Shown: positions 25,606-39,308 of the stretch, one piece after another
Layout: each line of letters opens with the position of its first letter
How positions within the stretch are numbered: position 1 is the first letter of the stretch
NCBI GenBank assembly: GCA_951406725.2
Contig: OX597814.1
Coordinates: 95,666,001-95,730,000 of the forward strand
Direction of reading: 5' to 3'
DNA length: 64,000 bases
Origin: Octopus vulgaris
Lineage: Eukaryota
Program-made: the position numbers and the translations under genes
Notes under the pieces: generated by a model
What the model saw: only the letters and a program-made list of their open reading frames with translations
The model's database searches: none
Told to the model about the DNA's origin: nothing

Positions 25606-27949
25606 ATGATGTAAAGCACAAGTTACATGAATCACGTCAACTACTGTTAATTAAAAAAGTAATGTTTTGAAGATATGAAATTAATTATGTTTGACCATTT
25701 TAAATTTCTTTTTAAAGAAAAATTCATTATTTTCCTTTGCTTCCCCCACCCAAAATATTAATTTTTACAAGGTGTAGAGTATTCTTTGTGGAATTGAAAC
25801 AAAGTCTATTTGAAACAGTATACTCTTATTATATATGGCAAACTGATTCCAGTGGTATTAAAGTCCAAGCCTGCAAGAACCTAACAAAATACAGTACACA
25901 ACCTAGTCTTTTATCAAATATATTAGCCATTTCCTCTGTTAAGGTTTTATTTAAATACAAAAAATTTTGAAGATATTGAAAACTTTTTTGATTTAAAATA
26001 TACATTACAAAATTTATGCTGAACAGAGAGTTTAACTTAAGAAAAATACGCAAATTTCAACTGATATAAAATAGAATAAAAATGAACTCAATCAATTCCA
26101 TTTATATTACAAAAGAAAAAAAACATGCATAAACACTCTGTAAAACTGAAATCTTGAAAATAATAATCAAAAGGTTTTTGCTTTTTGGGGTCAAACCAAT
26201 ATTACTTAATCTTTAAATATCTATCAATTATAGATATTTTAAAATCTATTTCTAATATAATTTACTTTCAACAATTTTCCATTATCCATGTGCAGCACAT
26301 AATTAATCAAATTAGTCATTTCTTTGGCAATCTTTAAGTTTCATAATTTATTTAAACTAATATATCAATCATGCAATTTTTATAACTGACTAAAGGGAGC
26401 CTAAAACAAGGTTGATGAGCCTTCTAGAAATATCAACCAATTCTCCCTCAAATTACACTGTTTTCTTAAAGGATTAAAGGCCACATTTGAAAATGAAGTC
26501 CAGGTTACACTAAGACTTTAAAAAAAAAAGAAAAAAAGAAGCTGATTACAGCTGCAATGCATTTCATCTAACACAACTCAATTAGGACAGACTATAAGCT
26601 AAAACAACTATAAAATGAAAATAATATTTACTGAAATAAATAAGTAAATAAATAACGATGAAAATGATTAAGACAACACCAAACTAGGATGCGTTATTTT
26701 TATCAAGTCAAGTGTTTCCCAGTTCTGATTCTAAAATTCCACTTAGGTCAACTTTCTGTTTCATCCTTCCAGAGTTGATAAAATTAAGACTTGCCAAAGA
26801 CTATCCCACAAATACAAAAATTACAGCAAACTAAATAATAAAACAATTCTTTTCTATTTTGTCAAAAGAAACTCAAAAACGAAGAATAAAATAAATATAA
26901 TTTCCATACATTTGAAAGTTAACATTAGATTTTGAACAGATAGAATATAAACAAAATAACTGTAAAATGAGTATTTGTTTTTCTCTAATTTTTATACCTA
27001 ATGCATCCAATGTTCATAATTACATTCTATACATCATATATATTATACACAAACACACACACAAATTTTCTTCATAATTAAGTCAAAATTTGTTTAATCA
27101 AATGTAAAACAAAACTGTATCTCAACAAATATAATCTATAATAATCCTTCTCATTAGTTATGAATTTAGTAACATACAATGCCCTTGAGCAAGGCACATA
27201 ACTCTGCATACCCCAGCACCCAACTGTTAAAAACAATTGATCACTTAAGCAAATATTCAGATACGAAAAAAAATTATACCACCTACGATTCTACAGGAAA
27301 ATAAATACAGAACAACAAAATTAAATTTATTAGAAATAAAATTAAAATAATGGGAAAACACACCAATCAAATGTTTTCTTAAGTCAAGAACTGAGAAAAC
27401 CAGATTTTTAAGTCTGATGATTTATTTACCTATGAATATTCTGAAGATAAAATCTTCCTGAAACCAGATATAAACCTAAGTTGAATTTACACTACCAAAG
27501 TTTGGTTCAATTTCCAAATCTCTTAAAATTTTGATCAAAATCACCCCCCCCCTCCAACCTTCTAATCAAGAAAGAAACAATGTTTTGTCTTTAATCTCAC
27601 ACCTTAATTATCTTAATCATGAACATACTTGAATAAACATGGTTCCTGCATTCCTTTGAAGCTTCATCACTGCTTATACAACTTGTGTACCATCTGGCAA
27701 ATACACTTGCCAACTACTGTGCCATTCTCAATATTTTTTTTTCCCCTCCTCATGCTTTCCTTAAATAAAATAAATCCATTCCCATTTGTTTAACATCTGG
27801 CACAATTTTTCCTTAGAAAACTATTTTTTCTTACCTGACAAAAATGCACTGTTCTTTTATACCTATTCACATGATAAAAATCACTTCTTGGTACTATTTC
27901 TTGCTAAAATAGCCAGTCTTTTATCACATATTTTCATTAATTACCACTT

Positions 27950-28327
27950 TATCTCTTACTTGTTTCAGTCATTGGACTGTGGCCATACTGGGGCACCACC
28001 TTGAGTTTCATTGAACAAATCTACCCTAGTACTTGTTTAAAGTTTGGTACTTATTCTATTGGTCTCTTTTGCCAAACTACTAAGATGCAAGGATGTAAAC
28101 AAACCAATGGCTGTTGACAAGTAGTGATAGGAGACAAATACAAACAAAAAATACACACATGCACGTATCACAGGCTTCCATGCAGTTTCCACTTATTAAA
28201 TTCACCCACAAAGCATTTGTTGGCCCAGGGCTATAGCAGAAGATGCCCAAGGTGCCATGCAGTGGGACTGAACCTGAAACCACAGGTTTGCAAAGTGAGC
28301 TTCTTAACCACACAGTCATGCCTGCAC
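27950..28327 (-). mobile_element. tRNA-derived SINE (OR-type)
   Basis: Family match. Confidence 0.8.
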
Positions 28328-29652
28328 TTATTTGAGGTTTTTTTAAATTTTAATGGTTCTTTGTTTCACAATTTCATTTCACATTTGCAACATACAAATA
28401 ATTACTTCCTGAAAATAAAAGCCAATTTTAAAACGACCAACTCCAGTTAATTTTCAATGACAGTTTTGAATTGTAAATCACAAATCAGCTGAGTTCAAAC
28501 TATGAGAGAATGCTTTATATAAAATAGTTTTATGCAGGTATTCAGATATAGTTCATTGCTTCAGCTTTCCCAGTCAAAAAATAAAATGCACAAAATTTGT
28601 GTAACTGCTTTTATTTTAAGTTTCAATGAAACAGTTTCTAGAAAAACTTGAAAATCAGGAGGTATTTATGAACAGCTGTTCTATGGCAGCCTGTTTATTC
28701 TCAATGCAACTAATTTACAATGGATAGCGTCTAAGAATAAAAAAAATATAAATATATATAAAACAAGTATCACTTATAAAAGATGGCTCAGGTGGTATGG
28801 ACAGATAATAAAAATACATAAAGGAAACTACTGATTCAAGTACCAGTTACTACTGCTGCTGATGCATAGCTGATACACAGTTCTTGATAGATATAGACAG
28901 TTTGAAAAAGCTAGAGGGAAATTACATGCTAGAAGAATGGTAATGGAGATGATAAGAGTGTACTGTAAAAAAAAAAAAAAAAAAGTTATGTTCAGCCTGT
29001 AGATAATTTATCTAACAATTAGGTGAAATCCAGATCCATTATTTCAGTGCATGGTCTGAGCAGACAACTATAACATTAGAATAATTCTGACAAGCATTGT
29101 TTTGATGTATTGATCCAACAAAGAAACTTATATACAATTGCTTGACCTGCTAGAATTAGCAAGCAAACTATCCATGAGTCATACCCTACTCTTTCAAAAA
29201 GAAAAGGTTTTTTTGTCTGAATCTATGAAGTAGCATTTCAACTTTTATATTCACAGTAAGACACTAGAAAAAATGCTACTGGAAGTTGCTTTTGATGAAC
29301 AAAGGCCCAGCCATAGTTTCCCACACAACTAGTAATTCTGTAACTATTTTTGCATAATATAACAAAATTAATTATTTCACTGGACCAAGTACAAAATCAG
29401 TTTCTACAGGAGCAGGTGTATTAAACAAACACAATATTCTAATCTGAGTTGTAATCCCTATTCATTAGAACTAAATAAATTGCTGTATTTAGTAGTATTA
29501 ATAACAAGTGTAATATCAATGATGATCATCTTTTGTGAATTCATAAGCAAGTGTTAATCTCACCAGAAAGTATTAAATTCTTAATGCTACTAGGTTTTGA
29601 ATATTGCCGTTCTTGGGTACAAATCTTATGTCATGAACTTTGCTATGTATAT

Positions 29653-29972
29653 AGGTGCAGGCATGGCTGTGTGCTTAAAAAGCTAGCTTTGCAACTGCAT
29701 GGTTTTGGGTTCAGTCTTACTGTGTGGCACATTAGTAGGGAGAAACTATGTGGAAGTGAGTTGTGTGTATGTCCTGTCATTACTTGACAATCAGTGTTGG
29801 CTTGTTTTCACTCCTCAGTAACTTAGCAGTTTGGCACAAGAGGCTGATAGAGTAAGTACCAAACTTAAAAACAAAATTAAGTACTGGGGGCAATTTGTTC
29901 AAGTAAACCCCTTCAAGGCAGTGCCCCAGCATGGCCACATTCTAATGACTAAAACAACTAAAAATAAAAAGA
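29653..29972 (+). mobile_element. tRNA-derived SINE (OR-type), internally deleted
   Basis: Head ggtgcaggcatggctgtgtg and tail gtgccccagcatggccac...actaaaacaac. Confidence 0.8.
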
Positions 29973-31427
29973 TATGAGCCTGAAACAATTCTACATCAGC
30001 AGTTCAACAAGTTGTCATCTGCTTAATCCTTTCCATACCTGCAACCCACTTTAGGTCACCGGCTGGTCATATGTTACTTCACCAGCCTAAATTCTTTCAT
30101 ACTTTGATTCATCAGATGAACAACATGGAACAGTTCAATGCATCATGGAGCACATCACTTAACATGCATCTTCCATGCTGGCGTGAATGTTTTGCAAGGA
30201 TCCAATGATTCAGAAGACTGTGCTATGCTCCAATATCTACTCTGGCATAGTTTCTACAGCTGAATGCATTTTCTGATACCAAGAACCTTGCAGAGTGTAC
30301 TGGGTGCTGTTTTCATAGTACCAGCACTAGTGAAGTTACTTTGCAACCAGCAAAACTAAGGGCCTAAAGTACCTTCTATGGCTGAGGAGAAAATGTGTGC
30401 AGTGATTTTTGCCAGGATGAGGGAGAGGAAAATGAGAGGAACAGATTTATAGCTTTGAGATGGTAGTGGAGAGAGTAACAGAATAGATGAAATTAGGGAA
30501 GAATGGCAGGGGAAAGGAAGGATTAGTGTCAAGGGTTAGAGAGAAATGGTGGAACAGAGTAGCAAGATTATAAGGTGGGTTGTGTACAGAGGAAGGTCCA
30601 ATGATAAACCTACATTATAAAGTGAATATGGAAAGATGGTGTGAGGGAAGGGGAACAAGAAAAGAAACAAAGATGACAAGGAATCTTGAGTCATTGAAGG
30701 ACTGAGATATTTGGGAAGGGGTCATGAGAGTAAGCCAGAGATGTATAGATTAGAGGGAGTGCTATGAGGGTAGGCCAGATGGTAGAAATGACAGGGGTAT
30801 TGAGGCAGATAAGTTAGATGAAAAGACAATGACAGATAATGAGGCAGAAGATGGGGAACAGTACATGAGTGCAATGAGACAATGTAGAAAAGAGAAGTTG
30901 AAATATATGATGGAAGTGCGGGGAAGAGCAGGGAGTGACTGCAGAGAAAGCATTCCAGTTGGAAAGACTGTAGATAGTGGATAGTTAGTGAAAGAATAAG
31001 AATGAGCAGTGCACTCTAGAGGTGTAAAAGTGGATAGTTAGATAAGGGCAAGAATAGGTGGCATTAAAATTGACCCTGGAGACATGCAAGATGGGAATAT
31101 AACGTTCATTCAGAGGAGTAAAATGGGTTGTACCTCAGCTTTCCACAATGCCACTTAACCCTTTTGTAACCATGTTTCTGTTGAAATACACTGCCTTTAT
31201 TTCAATTAATTTTGAAGAATTTAAGAAAGTAATTTTGTCATTATTAAGCTGGTGTTTGAAACATAAATTAACATGAAATTTTGATGGGAAGTTTAAATTT
31301 GGACCACTTGTATCAGAGAACTAGGGGCAGCCTCAGGGAGGTTGGTATCAAAATGGCTGAAGAAACAGTGTTAGCTTTAATCTTGCAATTTGACTATTAT
31401 AAAATCACTAACATACTTAAAGAAACA

Positions 31428-31563
31428 TGAAGGGCATCCAGCTGTAGAAACACTGCCAGATCAGACTGGAGCCTGGTGTAGCCTCCTGGCTTCCCAGACC
31501 CCGGTTGAACCATCCAACCCATGCTAGCATGGAAAACGGACGTTAAACGATGATGATGATGAT
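31428..31563 (+). mobile_element. RTE 3' tail
   Basis: gaagggcatccagctgtagaaac...cgttaaacgatgatgatg. Confidence 0.8.
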
Positions 31564-33479
31564 GAGATTCTACATACCTTTCAAGTTTGATTGCCACTCA
31601 TACAACTTGTGTATCATCTGGCTGATATTCTTGCTTTGCCTCCCCCACACCACATGGTTGTATTGTGCTTTTCTCACAGCAAAGCAGCAATTCTCATGTT
31701 GCTCTTTTAGTAGCTTCTATGTGCAAAAATGCTGCTGTTTATACAGCACTGGCATGTGCACAAACTTGCAATTACCACGAATATTTCTCTTGCACTTAAG
31801 AATAAGAATAAGCTTATCTAAAATTTCTCTCTAACAATGAGTTAAGACTCCTCTCTAACTTAAGAACTTACTGTGGTTGAAACCTTTCTCCACTATACAT
31901 TAATAAACATGCATGGTCACTCGGTTTTGATCTAAATACTTGGATAGGAACTGCAGTAACCACATTCTGCCATTTGCATCAATGTGTGAGATAACCAAAA
32001 AAAAAAAAATGTCCAAAGAGAATAACAATAAAGATCTATTCAATTTACTTCTTGAAATTTCTGTTCTGCAATGAAATAGTTGTCTCATACACTGAAACTG
32101 ACATTGCATTAGATAATTCTTTTCTTAACTCACAAGCACGTATGGGCTAAAAACTTATCTTCAGTTTGCATAACAAATATTTACTAAGTGATACATTCTC
32201 CATAATAGGGGTGCCAATTTATTGTAAGCAGCTTTTTTGTTCTTTCATTCATTCATTCATCCACAATAATGTTTATGCCACTTTCATTACTTAGTTACAG
32301 CTTGGTAAAAACCCAGAAGTTTAGAGCTAAATGTTTTAGCCATAGATACAATAACAGGATATAGATTACTGAGATCACTGCTAATTGGTTGTCCGAGGGT
32401 AAATAACTGAGCTATTTATGCTCACACAGGAACAATAAACAGGCAAAACAATTCTAGAAGCTGTCAATCAATACTGAATATGAAATACCTTCACATATCT
32501 GTCATATGAAATAATAGTCAACAAGTTCTACTTCACCTGCTGAAGGGAAATTTCTTAGTTTATTTTATTATATCTATTCAAATTCAGAAAATGCTGGCCA
32601 CTGAAGGAAAAATATGGTAGAAGACTCATTGCTGAAGAACTACAAAGGCAGCTGTACTAATGTAATATCAGAAAAGTAAACTTATTGTTGAGCATTAAAT
32701 AGATCAGGTGAAAGTATATACAGAAGAGAAAATCTAAAAATAAATTGGTATTTATGAACATTTGTTAGTAAATTACTTATTTTTCAAGATATTGAAAATT
32801 TCAAATCAAACACTTCAATTCAATTGGATAAAACAAAAAAAGCATCTTTGAATATCTTCAACAAATAACTTTGTCATAAAACAAGTAGCTTGGGGGTAGC
32901 CTGTAGAATTAAAAACAATTTTGAATTCCAACTTTGATCATAAAACATATTCTTATATAGTATTCATATGCTCTATGGCTTGTTACATAATTTTCCTAAC
33001 AATAATTCTAGACAATTGTTTATTAGAAGCCTTGTTTTTGTAAAATAACTGTTTAAAACAGATTATTTTAAGTGAAAGTACATACCTATTGAAAATAATT
33101 TCAAAGAAGTATATAAAACAAGCAAATTTATTGAAAGGTAAGAAGACACTGGAAATCTCTAAGTGAAAGGAAATGAGGAAAAGCACAGGAAAGAGGCTAA
33201 GTGCAATGTTAAAAGAGCAAACCATTAAACAGCAATGGTGCAAAACCCATAGAAACAAACAGTTTAAGTTTTATGTAATATAAAATGTTAGGAGGGTAAA
33301 TAGCAAAAGAGAATAATGAAGGAAACATGCTTAAAAAGTAATTTTCAAAAAAAATTAAACATTTATAAAAGTCCTACAAAATGTGAAGTCAAAGGAAGGC
33401 ATGGATACAATCTGACTAAATTGCTAGAGAAGGAACACAAACACAAGTATACACCAGTTAAACACTGAGAATGAGAAAA

Positions 33480-33780
33480 GCACAAATAATACACACACAT
33501 GTAAATCCAACTAAAATCTACAACACACATACAACACTAGTAATCTTCACTAATAACTAAACACACACAAATACAGTAATCCTAATGAAAAACAAGACAT
33601 ACAAGTAATCCTAAACACTATAAGAGACATATGCAGTGATTAAATACTATGAGATACATACACACAAGTAATCCCAACTAAACACAAAAGAGATACACAC
33701 AAAACTAATCCTTACTAAACATGAGAGAGAAACATACAAAATAACTCCAATGAGAATGAGAATACTATGAGAATGAGATA
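33480..33780. repeat. Degenerate ~30-bp minisatellite
   Basis: Recurring AGTAATCC...ACTAAACAC...AGAYAYAC units. Confidence 0.55.
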
Positions 33781-34044
33781 AACAAACAAATATTGTGCAA
33801 ATTAATAAAACAAAAGACTCCAGTGAAACTAAAAACTATCAAACAGCAAAGTGAAATTATAAATAAGAGAATATTAAAAGGTTTAAAAATTAAAAAGGAA
33901 CAAAAGAAAAAAAATAAAGAAAATACTCTTACTCTTAATTCATTCATACAAGGACTGTAATACCAGGAACATTGGTATCAAAAAGGTTAAATCTACAAAA
34001 TTATAAAATTCAAATTTTTTCCTGATTGAAGTAATTTTGAGATG

Positions 34045-34610
34045 CAACAAACTAGAATTCTGTCAAAGAATCAAAGAAGCAAAGCCTACATTCAAGAGGT
34101 TTCAAAATAAATCTAAGAAAGACAAAGTTTTAGTGAGCAGGAAAGAAAGCAGCACTATTACCATCTGTGAAATGGCCTGCTCAATATGTAAAAAAAAGAG
34201 GGACCAGGAATACCATAAAGTATATCCAATTAAACTATGAATACACAAAAGGTGTAGTGGGATCGCAGGTATGCTAACAGTCAATGTATGTAGCAAATAG
34301 AAAGGTGTAGTTAGAGCACCCATTGAACAAATTCCTAAAATGCCCAAAAGGCTCCCAAAAATAAGTTGACGATGTAGGTGGGTATTCTGAAAGCATAGTA
34401 GCAAGAGTAAGAATTAATTCAATGAGGTATTATTTCCATTGGCGACAAAGAGATTCTCTTTCCAAATGAAGGTCAATTTGTGTGATACTTGTGTATATAA
34501 TGTGACAATTATTGTACAGCAACAAAATGCAGGGGAGAATGATAAAGGAGTGCAGAGAATAGCAAAATGTTCTTCTGGGAAAAAAAAAACAGAATGGGAT
34601 ACCATATTTC
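34045..34610 (+). mobile_element. Old RTE LINE ORF fragment
   Basis: KVLVSRK...CSICKK...IHKRCSG...ESIVARVRI remnants collinear with the 49-51 kb element. Confidence 0.7.
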
Positions 34611-37052
34611 AATTATTTTAAGTTGGCTGTTAATTTTAATTCATGCTGTTCTTTATAAAGTTCTAAACATATGGACAATACTTAAAAGTTATATTTACAT
34701 GATGCTTTGGGTTCTATGAGTAAATACCTTCTAATATAGCCACAGGTCAATCAATAACTTGTAAGTGAAATTGTAAACCCATTATGCACATGTATAAGTG
34801 CGTGTGTGTGTGTGTGTGTGTGCATGAATATTTGCATTCCTTATTGACAATGTCCTATAACTTTGTACTTTCAAAGACAGTTGGAATAAAAAAAACATAT
34901 CCCTTAAGGGTTAGCAACAGGGAGTGCAGCCCGCCATAAAATACTATCTCAAATCTTCCAATTCATGCTAATACAGAAAAATGTGTGTGCATATGTGTGT
35001 GTGTGTATGTATGTATATATATAGTGTCATGCAAGCTGCATGGTGACCTCACTACTGCTTGGTGGCATGAAAAAAGAAACAGCACCTAGCACATACTGTG
35101 AAGTGGTTGGTATTAGGAAGAACATCCAGCTGCAGAAATCATACCAAAAGCAGACATTGAAGTACAATGCAGTCCTTGGATCCACTGGATCCTATCAAAC
35201 CCATGTCAGCATGGAACATGGACATTATAAAATTAATGATATATTTTTATATCACTCTTCCATACTTTTTTATATTATTTTCCAAGGAATTTCTCACATG
35301 GATCCACATAAGATATTAGGTTCAATTAACTTTACAATTTAAAACAAGTTTACTTACAACATACATCTAGCCACTTTGCTAGGAAGAAGTCTATTATGTT
35401 TTGATTTTTTTTTTTAACAATTAATCTATTTTATCTAAAAATAGCTAACTGGTTAAAGAACTATCCACATATAGATTTTAGGAGTTCACATCTGCATTTG
35501 TTTCAATGTGCATTAAAACACGACACTTGTATGTGCTTCACTATATATAACTATTGCAAATATAGATTTTCTGATAAAACATCAATACTATTGATCTTTT
35601 GCTAATGATTACCTTTTATCATGAAAGAGTAAATAATGGAAGGATAAACATCCTTTCTGTGACAGCATTGTAGAGTAGGAGGTAAATCTTCATTGAATTA
35701 AGTCTATAACCTCATACTCATCCCTTGAAGTTAATGATGTTGATTTATTGATGGATTATTGATCTCAAAAGGTAATTGAAAATTTATTCCAATTGTATAC
35801 AAAATAAACAGGTTTTATTAAATTGTTTATATTTATACCTATCAATGTGAATATGTCTAATGTTATAGCAAACAGTTCAATCTGTTTTATTTTGCCATAT
35901 TATTTCTCAATATATTTATAAGACTCCATGGGGAGTGTTAATATTCTTAATAATGAAGATACAGTTTTTATTGAAAGAAAAAGTAACTTCAGAAAGAACT
36001 GCTTTCCAATATAGTTTGGTGCAATATTTATAAGCCACCTGCATTCTATTCAAATCAAACAAGATAAAAATATATCAATTACTGACTGGTTTTAATCACT
36101 TGTTTATATTGAAAGTATTTTGTCAAAATTCCATGAAAACAACTATTTAGCAATATTCGCTATCTTCAAAACGAAAATTATTATTTCATATCAAAATCAA
36201 ATATACGTATTTTAAGTATATTTAGTAAAACATACATAGTAAATTTCTTGTGACAAGTCATTGTCTAACTCCAGATCAGCACTGATCAGACTGGTAACCA
36301 AAGCCGTAATTTCCGCCCCCATCCCAGTCATACTGCATTAAGGACTATATTATCCTTTCCTTTTTTATGAAGGTCAAATGTAATAATGTGGGAAGAAAGC
36401 TTTGGCTGTTATTTTCAGCAGGCCGAGCGACCGTGTAGGGACTTCCGCGCTAAGTGGTCTTGTTATTAAAAGTGCAACACGCTCAAGGGAAATAACTCAA
36501 ACTAACTCCTCTGCTTAGAAGATTCTAAATAAATTGCATCAACCGGATATTTTTTAATGAAACCCCCAAAATCCATTATACATAACATGCACAGTAGTTT
36601 TCACTCATATTTAAAGTATAATATTTTCAGACAATAATAGCTTTAAATCTTATTTATAAATGTACATTCAGTACACTTAATTTAAAGTGGAATAATCATG
36701 CAATGCAGTTTGAAATTTAGAAGTGGGTCTACAGGCGAATGTTCAGCAAAAACTAACCTGGAAAAAAATCTAAATACCAAACGTGAAACATTTATTAACC
36801 CTTTAAGAAGTGAACGCTGATAATATTCTCATCTTAATTGCAATAAAAAAAATATATCAAACACAATAGAAACAAAAAATGTGAATTTCAAAAAATTTGA
36901 ATGTTAAAGCTAATGCTTTATAACACATTCAATGTGACAAACATCACAGTTAATTTAAAGCTATATACCTTTTAAATAAGATGCAAAATAAGTAAAAATG
37001 GCAGTGCATCCAAAACGATATGTAAATGAAAATAAAAAGCCAAAAGTTTTGA

Positions 37053-37099
<47 letters not shown>

Positions 37100-37369
37100 A
37101 AATTTATAACATTAAATTACAAAAAAAAAAAAATTACAGAAGAATTAACTTATCTAAAAGCAATATGATTTTTTTTAATGTATCAGTTAAAAGATAAGTT
37201 GATGCAATTTTAGTTTTATACTTTTAATATAGCAACCAAAGCAATAACAAAGATTTTTTGTATCAATCATAAATCATACCCAAGAGAAAAGAATTCTAAA
37301 ATTAAAATTTCAATAAACTTCATCTCAAACAGAAATTTTGATATATCTTGAATACAAAGATTCTTTAAC

Positions 37370-37630
37370 AGGCTGTGTGGTGAGAAGCTTCCCAACCACA
37401 TGGTTCGGGATTCAGCCCCACTCTAGCACCCTGGGCAAGTGTCTTTTACTATAGCTTGGGGTTGACTAAAGCTTTGAGAGAATTTAGTAGACAGAAACTG
37501 AAAGAAGCTCAGCGCGCGCGCGTGTTACTCTCCCCTTGCTTCGACATTGAGTGATAGTTGAAAACAAATATCACCATCATGTGAGTGGTGTTCATTTCCA
37601 ATCTGAAAACATTTCTTGTCATAGGAAAAT
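37370..37630 (+). mobile_element. tRNA-derived SINE (OR-type head, different body)
   Basis: ggctgtgtggtgagaagcttcccaaccacatggttcggg; interrupted by the RTE tail at 37633. Confidence 0.7.
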
Positions 37631-37632
37631 AT

Positions 37633-37880
37633 TATCATCATCATCATCGTTTAACGTCCGTTCTCCATGCTAGCATGGGTTGGACGGTTCGACCGGGGAT
37701 CTGGGAAGCCAGAAGGCTGCACCATGCTCCAGTCTTATCTGGCAATGTTTCTACAGCTGGATGCCCTTCCTAACGCCAACCACTCCGTGAGTGTAGTGGG
37801 TGCTTTTTACATGCCACCTGCACAGGTGCCAGGCGAGGCTGGCAACAGCCACGGTCGGATTGGTGTATTTTACGTGCCAC
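37633..37880 (-). mobile_element. RTE 3'UTR copy (young)
   Basis: Near-identical to 48637-48880. Confidence 0.85.
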
Positions 37881-38109
37881 CGCTCCCTTGGAAACAGGTG
37901 AAGGTTGATAACAAGAGCATCCTGCTGTAGAAAATTGGTTTCAATAAATTCCAATTGACCCATGTGAGCAGGGAAAAGTTGACATTAAGATAATGATGAT
38001 GATGTATTCAAACTGCCCAACCCATGCCAGCATGAAAGATGGGCATAAAATGATGATGAATACAAAGCAGCTATCATACAGCTAAGAATAATGGAATAAA
38101 ATTACTCAC

Positions 38110-38168
38110 CAATGAAAAGCCCCAAAATGAAAGTACACAGTCCCAAGACCATAAAGGAATGGAGCATC
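38110..38168 (-). CDS. KDM6A: Kdm6a/Utx coding exon 5 (DAPFLYGLGTVYFHFGAFHW)
   Basis: ttgattttag acceptor and TG|gtgagt donor; 59 nt; matches human [20 protein letters not shown]. Confidence 0.95.
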
Positions 38169-38619
38169 CTAAAATCAAAAAAATACATAAATACTTTTAA
38201 ATTTCTACATATACATTTCATATTAATCTTATTTTCTAATTACATAAATGTTTCAAACAAAAATGAGAAAAAAAATTGTTTCTTTCATACTTTCTATAAT
38301 ATTTTCACCATATTTTTTTACTTATTTTCATTCACTTAATTCAATACTTAATTTCTGTATAAAATATATTGGTTTCCAGAATAAACATATTTTTGGAATC
38401 ATTTTTAAATCTTTGCTTTTAGCATAACTTTTACCCAGTAAAAAGTGGGAAACCTGAAACGATATCGACATCTGCTTGCAACTACAAAGGCAGCTAAAAT
38501 AATTAACAAAAGCATATGATATGCTAACAAGTCATAACTGCTTGTATGTGACAGCTAGAGTTTGTTTTTTGAGTGTGTGTGTGTATATGTGTGTATGTAT
38601 ATATATATATATATATATA

Positions 38620-39012
38620 GTTGTGATACCTGTGCCGGTGACACATAAAAAGCACCATCCAAACGTGACCAATGCCAACCCTGCCTCGAATGGCTTCTGT
38701 GCTGGTGGCACATAAAAAGCACCATCCGAACGTGGCCGATGCCAGCACTGCCTTGACTGGCTTCTGTGCCGGTGGCACATAAAAAAGCACCAACCGATCG
38801 TGGCCGATGCCAGACCCCTCTGGCACCTGTGCAGGTGGCATGTAAAAAGCACCCACTACACTCGCGGAGTGGTTGGCGTTAGGAAGGGCATCCAGCTGTA
38901 GAAACACTGCCAGATCAGACTGGAGCCTGGGGCAGCCCCTGGCTCCCCAGACCCCGATCGAACCGTCCAACCCGTGCTAGTGCGGAAAACGGACGTTAAA
39001 TGATGATGATGA
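38620..39012 (+). mobile_element. RTE 3'UTR copy inserted in a TA microsatellite
   Basis: ggcgttaggaagggcatccagctgtagaaac...ggacgttaaatgatgatgat, similar to the 48637-48950 tail. Confidence 0.85.
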
Positions 39013-39087
39013 TATATATATATAAGAATTTTTACATGGATCTATATTAACTTCTTCTAAGGGGTGATGGGTAAAAAGTGTAAATGC

Positions 39088-39091
<4 letters not shown>

Positions 39092-39137
<46 letters not shown>

Positions 39138-39308
39138 TGTATGTGTGAGTGTGCATATGTATTAATGTATTCGTGCATACATATGTATATGTGCAGATGT
39201 ATGTATGCGTGGATGTATGTATATGGGTGGATATATACATGTGTATACATATGAACGTACTGATACATATGTGTGTATATATGTATACGTGTGTACTTGC
39301 ATATATAC
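39092..39308. repeat. (TA)n plus degenerate TATG/TG microsatellite
   Basis: Direct inspection; other TA tracts at about 5850, 21945-22080, 37056-37097, 58345-58386 and 60280-60370. Confidence 0.9.

Noticed and set aside
30360-31130. Long purine-rich tract (a similar one lies at about 45500-46100)
   Set aside because: Follows degenerate RTE-like tails and has no sustained ORF; most likely an old repeat body.
31570-32230. Possible Tc1/mariner remnant (related piece at about 27640-27730)
   Set aside because: Only faint motif resemblance; no paired TIRs or transposase motifs could be confirmed.
33480-33780. CRISPR-like periodicity
   Set aside because: Eukaryotic context, and units are degenerate throughout with no constant repeat plus unique spacer.
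1-38109. Kdm6a exon 6 (AIKAFQ..LY.DP.F....E.HLRLG) and later exons
   Set aside because: Scanned the minus strand by eye without a match. The YVDP at ~35300 and MHLGLSFLFK at ~13570 lack flanking similarity and splice sites. Probably beyond the window, though a miss is possible.
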